DNA from: Octopus vulgaris
Lineage: Eukaryota
Length of the DNA: 64,000 nucleotides
Direction of reading: 5' to 3'
NCBI GenBank assembly: GCA_951406725.2
Contig: OX597825.1
Location: 47,802,001-47,866,000, forward strand
The first letter of the stretch is position 1, and every line of letters starts with the position of its first letter. The position numbers and the translations under genes are program-made. Shown here one piece after another: positions 61,979 to 64,000 of the stretch. The notes beneath the pieces are model-generated. The model had not been told where the DNA came from, searched no databases, and saw nothing but the letters and a program-made list of their open reading frames with translations.

Positions 61979-62983
61979 CGAGGGTAAGACAAAAATCATA
62001 CGCATTTCCGTTTTCTTTAGTTTGGCTGCAGTGTTGTCTTCACATGAAAGATGATGGTTCTCTTTTCGTTACGATCGCTCTCTTGTGGTTCCCTTGTGAT
62101 TACGTAACCGAAGTTTTACCTTGATCGCTCCAGTTTTCGGTCTTGTGTTACAAAGTAAACATAGCCGCTCCACTGACAGTGTGATCCGATTGCCGTTGTC
62201 TGGGACTTAAATTCATCGTAGGCTGAAAGCAGGGACTGTGCTATACCGCAGTGAAGTGTAATAATGGCCTGCCAAGCGTGAAGCAGGATGAGGGAGCAGG
62301 ACGACCATCAACCTCAACCACTGACATGAAGATTCAGCAAGCTCAAGCGATGCTTCTGTCGAACCGACGAGTGACCATCGATGAGATGGCATGTTCTCTG
62401 AAAATTAGTCATGGTTCTAGATACGAAATCCTCCACACACTTCGCTTCCATAAGGTCTGGGACATGGCTGCCAGGAGAGCTTGCCGAAGTACATAAGTGC
62501 AGTCGTGTAGAGATTTGTGAACGCTTACTTGACCTCTACAACGATGAAGGCAAAGAGTCTTTAGAATGAATAGTTACAGATGAGAACTGTACCCTTCAAT
62601 TTGATCGAGAATCCAAAAGGTAGTGTACGGAGTGGAAACACCCGGAATCGCCAGCGAAAAAAAAGTCAAGACTCAGCCTACCGCAGTGAAAAGTGATGCT
62701 ATCCGCATTTAGGGTGAGGGAGAAGAAAGGGTCGGGGTCGCGAAAGGCCATGTATTGGAACATTACCTGGGAAAAAGGTTACATTACCTTGGAAAAGTAT
62801 AGGCTACAGTACATAACTGGCTGCGTGACCAGCCGAAAATCTTTTTATCCAATGGCTTAAGCAAGCTTGTGAACAACTGGAATAAGTGCATAAAAAAGCA
62901 AGGAAACTGTGTCAAAAAATTATGCTTTTGATTTTAAAAGATTACAGAAGCAAAAGTGCCTATAATCTTTGAACTTACCTTTG
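61979..62983 (+). mobile_element. mariner transposon, internally deleted and decayed, both TIRs
   Basis: TA-flanked imperfect TIRs CGAGGGTAAGACAAAAATCATACGCA / TGCCTATAATCTTTGAACTTACCTTTG; GRPSTST...NRRVTIDEMA..LKISHGS, IVTDE, EWKHPESP motifs. Confidence 0.85.
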
Positions 62984-63004
62984 TAAAATAATAAATAATC
63001 CTTT

Positions 63005-63215
63005 TCTACCATTGGCAAGAAGGATGAAATTTTAGTGGAGTGAGTTTATCGATTACACCGACCTCAGAGCTCAAATGAAACTTATTTTGTCGACTCTGAT
63101 GGGATGTAGTGAAAAGTGGATCTCGGTGCAATTTGAACTCAGAAGGTAACGCCGGAAGAAACGTTGCTAAGTATTTTCTCAGGCGTGTAAAAGATGCTCC
63201 AGCTCGTCTGCTTTA
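63005..63215 (-). mobile_element. tRNA-derived SINE (same family as 18185-18397)
   Basis: ATCGATTACACCGAC...ATTTGAACTCAGAA...CCAGCTCG matches that copy. Confidence 0.7.
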
Positions 63216-64000
63216 AATAGTTCTTTCTAATAGAAGCACAATTCTCGAAAATTTTGGGAGGAGGTTACCTGTGTTCCTTGACGCAATGATTATCGGCATT
63301 TTGCAGGACTGCACATCCCTAGACAAAAGCCGAAGCAGTCTGTCGTGGTGGGAGATGAAGTTTACCTCCGCCTCCGAACTACTACGTGCCTCGTACAGTT
63401 CAGCAAAGTGCCACTGAAATTCCGTACAAATCTGTTTAGATTCGTTTAGCATGCGCCCGTCCCGACTCAAAAAAGACCGAGCTGTGGTTTTATTACCACG
63501 TTGTGTCTCGGTCACTTGGGCCTATAGAACGGCTTTCATTTCCACGTGTCTTGGTGTTGAAGAATTGGTTAAGAATCAATCTCGCTGCCGGCACGTCCAC
63601 CGCTATGCCGCTACTGAGTGCCTCTTCTAATTCCTAACTAGTTCTCCCTCTACACTAGAATTCTCTATCCCTAAATCCCTGCTAAATCCTACCGTTTCTA
63701 CTCTAACCGCCCATTTTAGGGCTGCCCTCCATCGGTTGTTGACGACTTCACTCGTCAATTTTCGAAGGACTAGCTTACCAATCCGGTAAAGCCTGGCACA
63801 CCAGGGAAGACGCGTTTAGCTTCCAGTATCCGGGTCTCTGCCTATAAAGCTTACCTAGGTCGACTATACAGAACACAAATTTGTGGTCTGCATAGCTGGC
63901 AATTTCAAATTGTGGACAACCTATACTATCCTTATCTTCTGGCCTATATAATAATACCCTATCTAGATAAGAACTGGATGACCTAACGCTATTTGCCCAT
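63216..64000 (-). pseudogene. L1/Tx1-like ORF2 fragment (end of APE endonuclease and linker), continues beyond window
   Basis: Minus strand SYLDRV...ADHKFV...PGYWKLNAS and HFAELY motifs. Confidence 0.75.

Overview
AT-rich, microsatellite-dense animal genomic DNA. The tRNA-derived SINE families and overall repeat style suggest an octopus/coleoid cephalopod (inference from repeat recognition, no database search). Almost all ORFs in the track are microsatellite artefacts or decayed transposon fragments. One convincing host exon is visible: a thrombospondin type-1 (TSP1) domain exon at 46322-46428 (+), so much of the window is probably intronic. Mobile elements include R4/Dong-type RLE LINEs in two groups (one beside (TACA)n, one inside (TAA)n), an RTE LINE whose 3' UTR has expanded into a hierarchical tandem array, a Penelope-like (PLE) RT/GIY-YIG relic, L1/Tx1 fragments, Chapaev3, Buster-type hAT, several Tc1/mariner copies and a telomere-repeat foldback MITE. 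The most interesting signal is a set of at least three unrelated short non-coding elements that each carry a minimal hammerhead ribozyme (HHR) motif and occur as inverted pairs. One of them has a tRNA-derived Pol III head plus a (TAA)n tract that was itself targeted by a Dong LINE. Coordinates of decayed elements are approximate.
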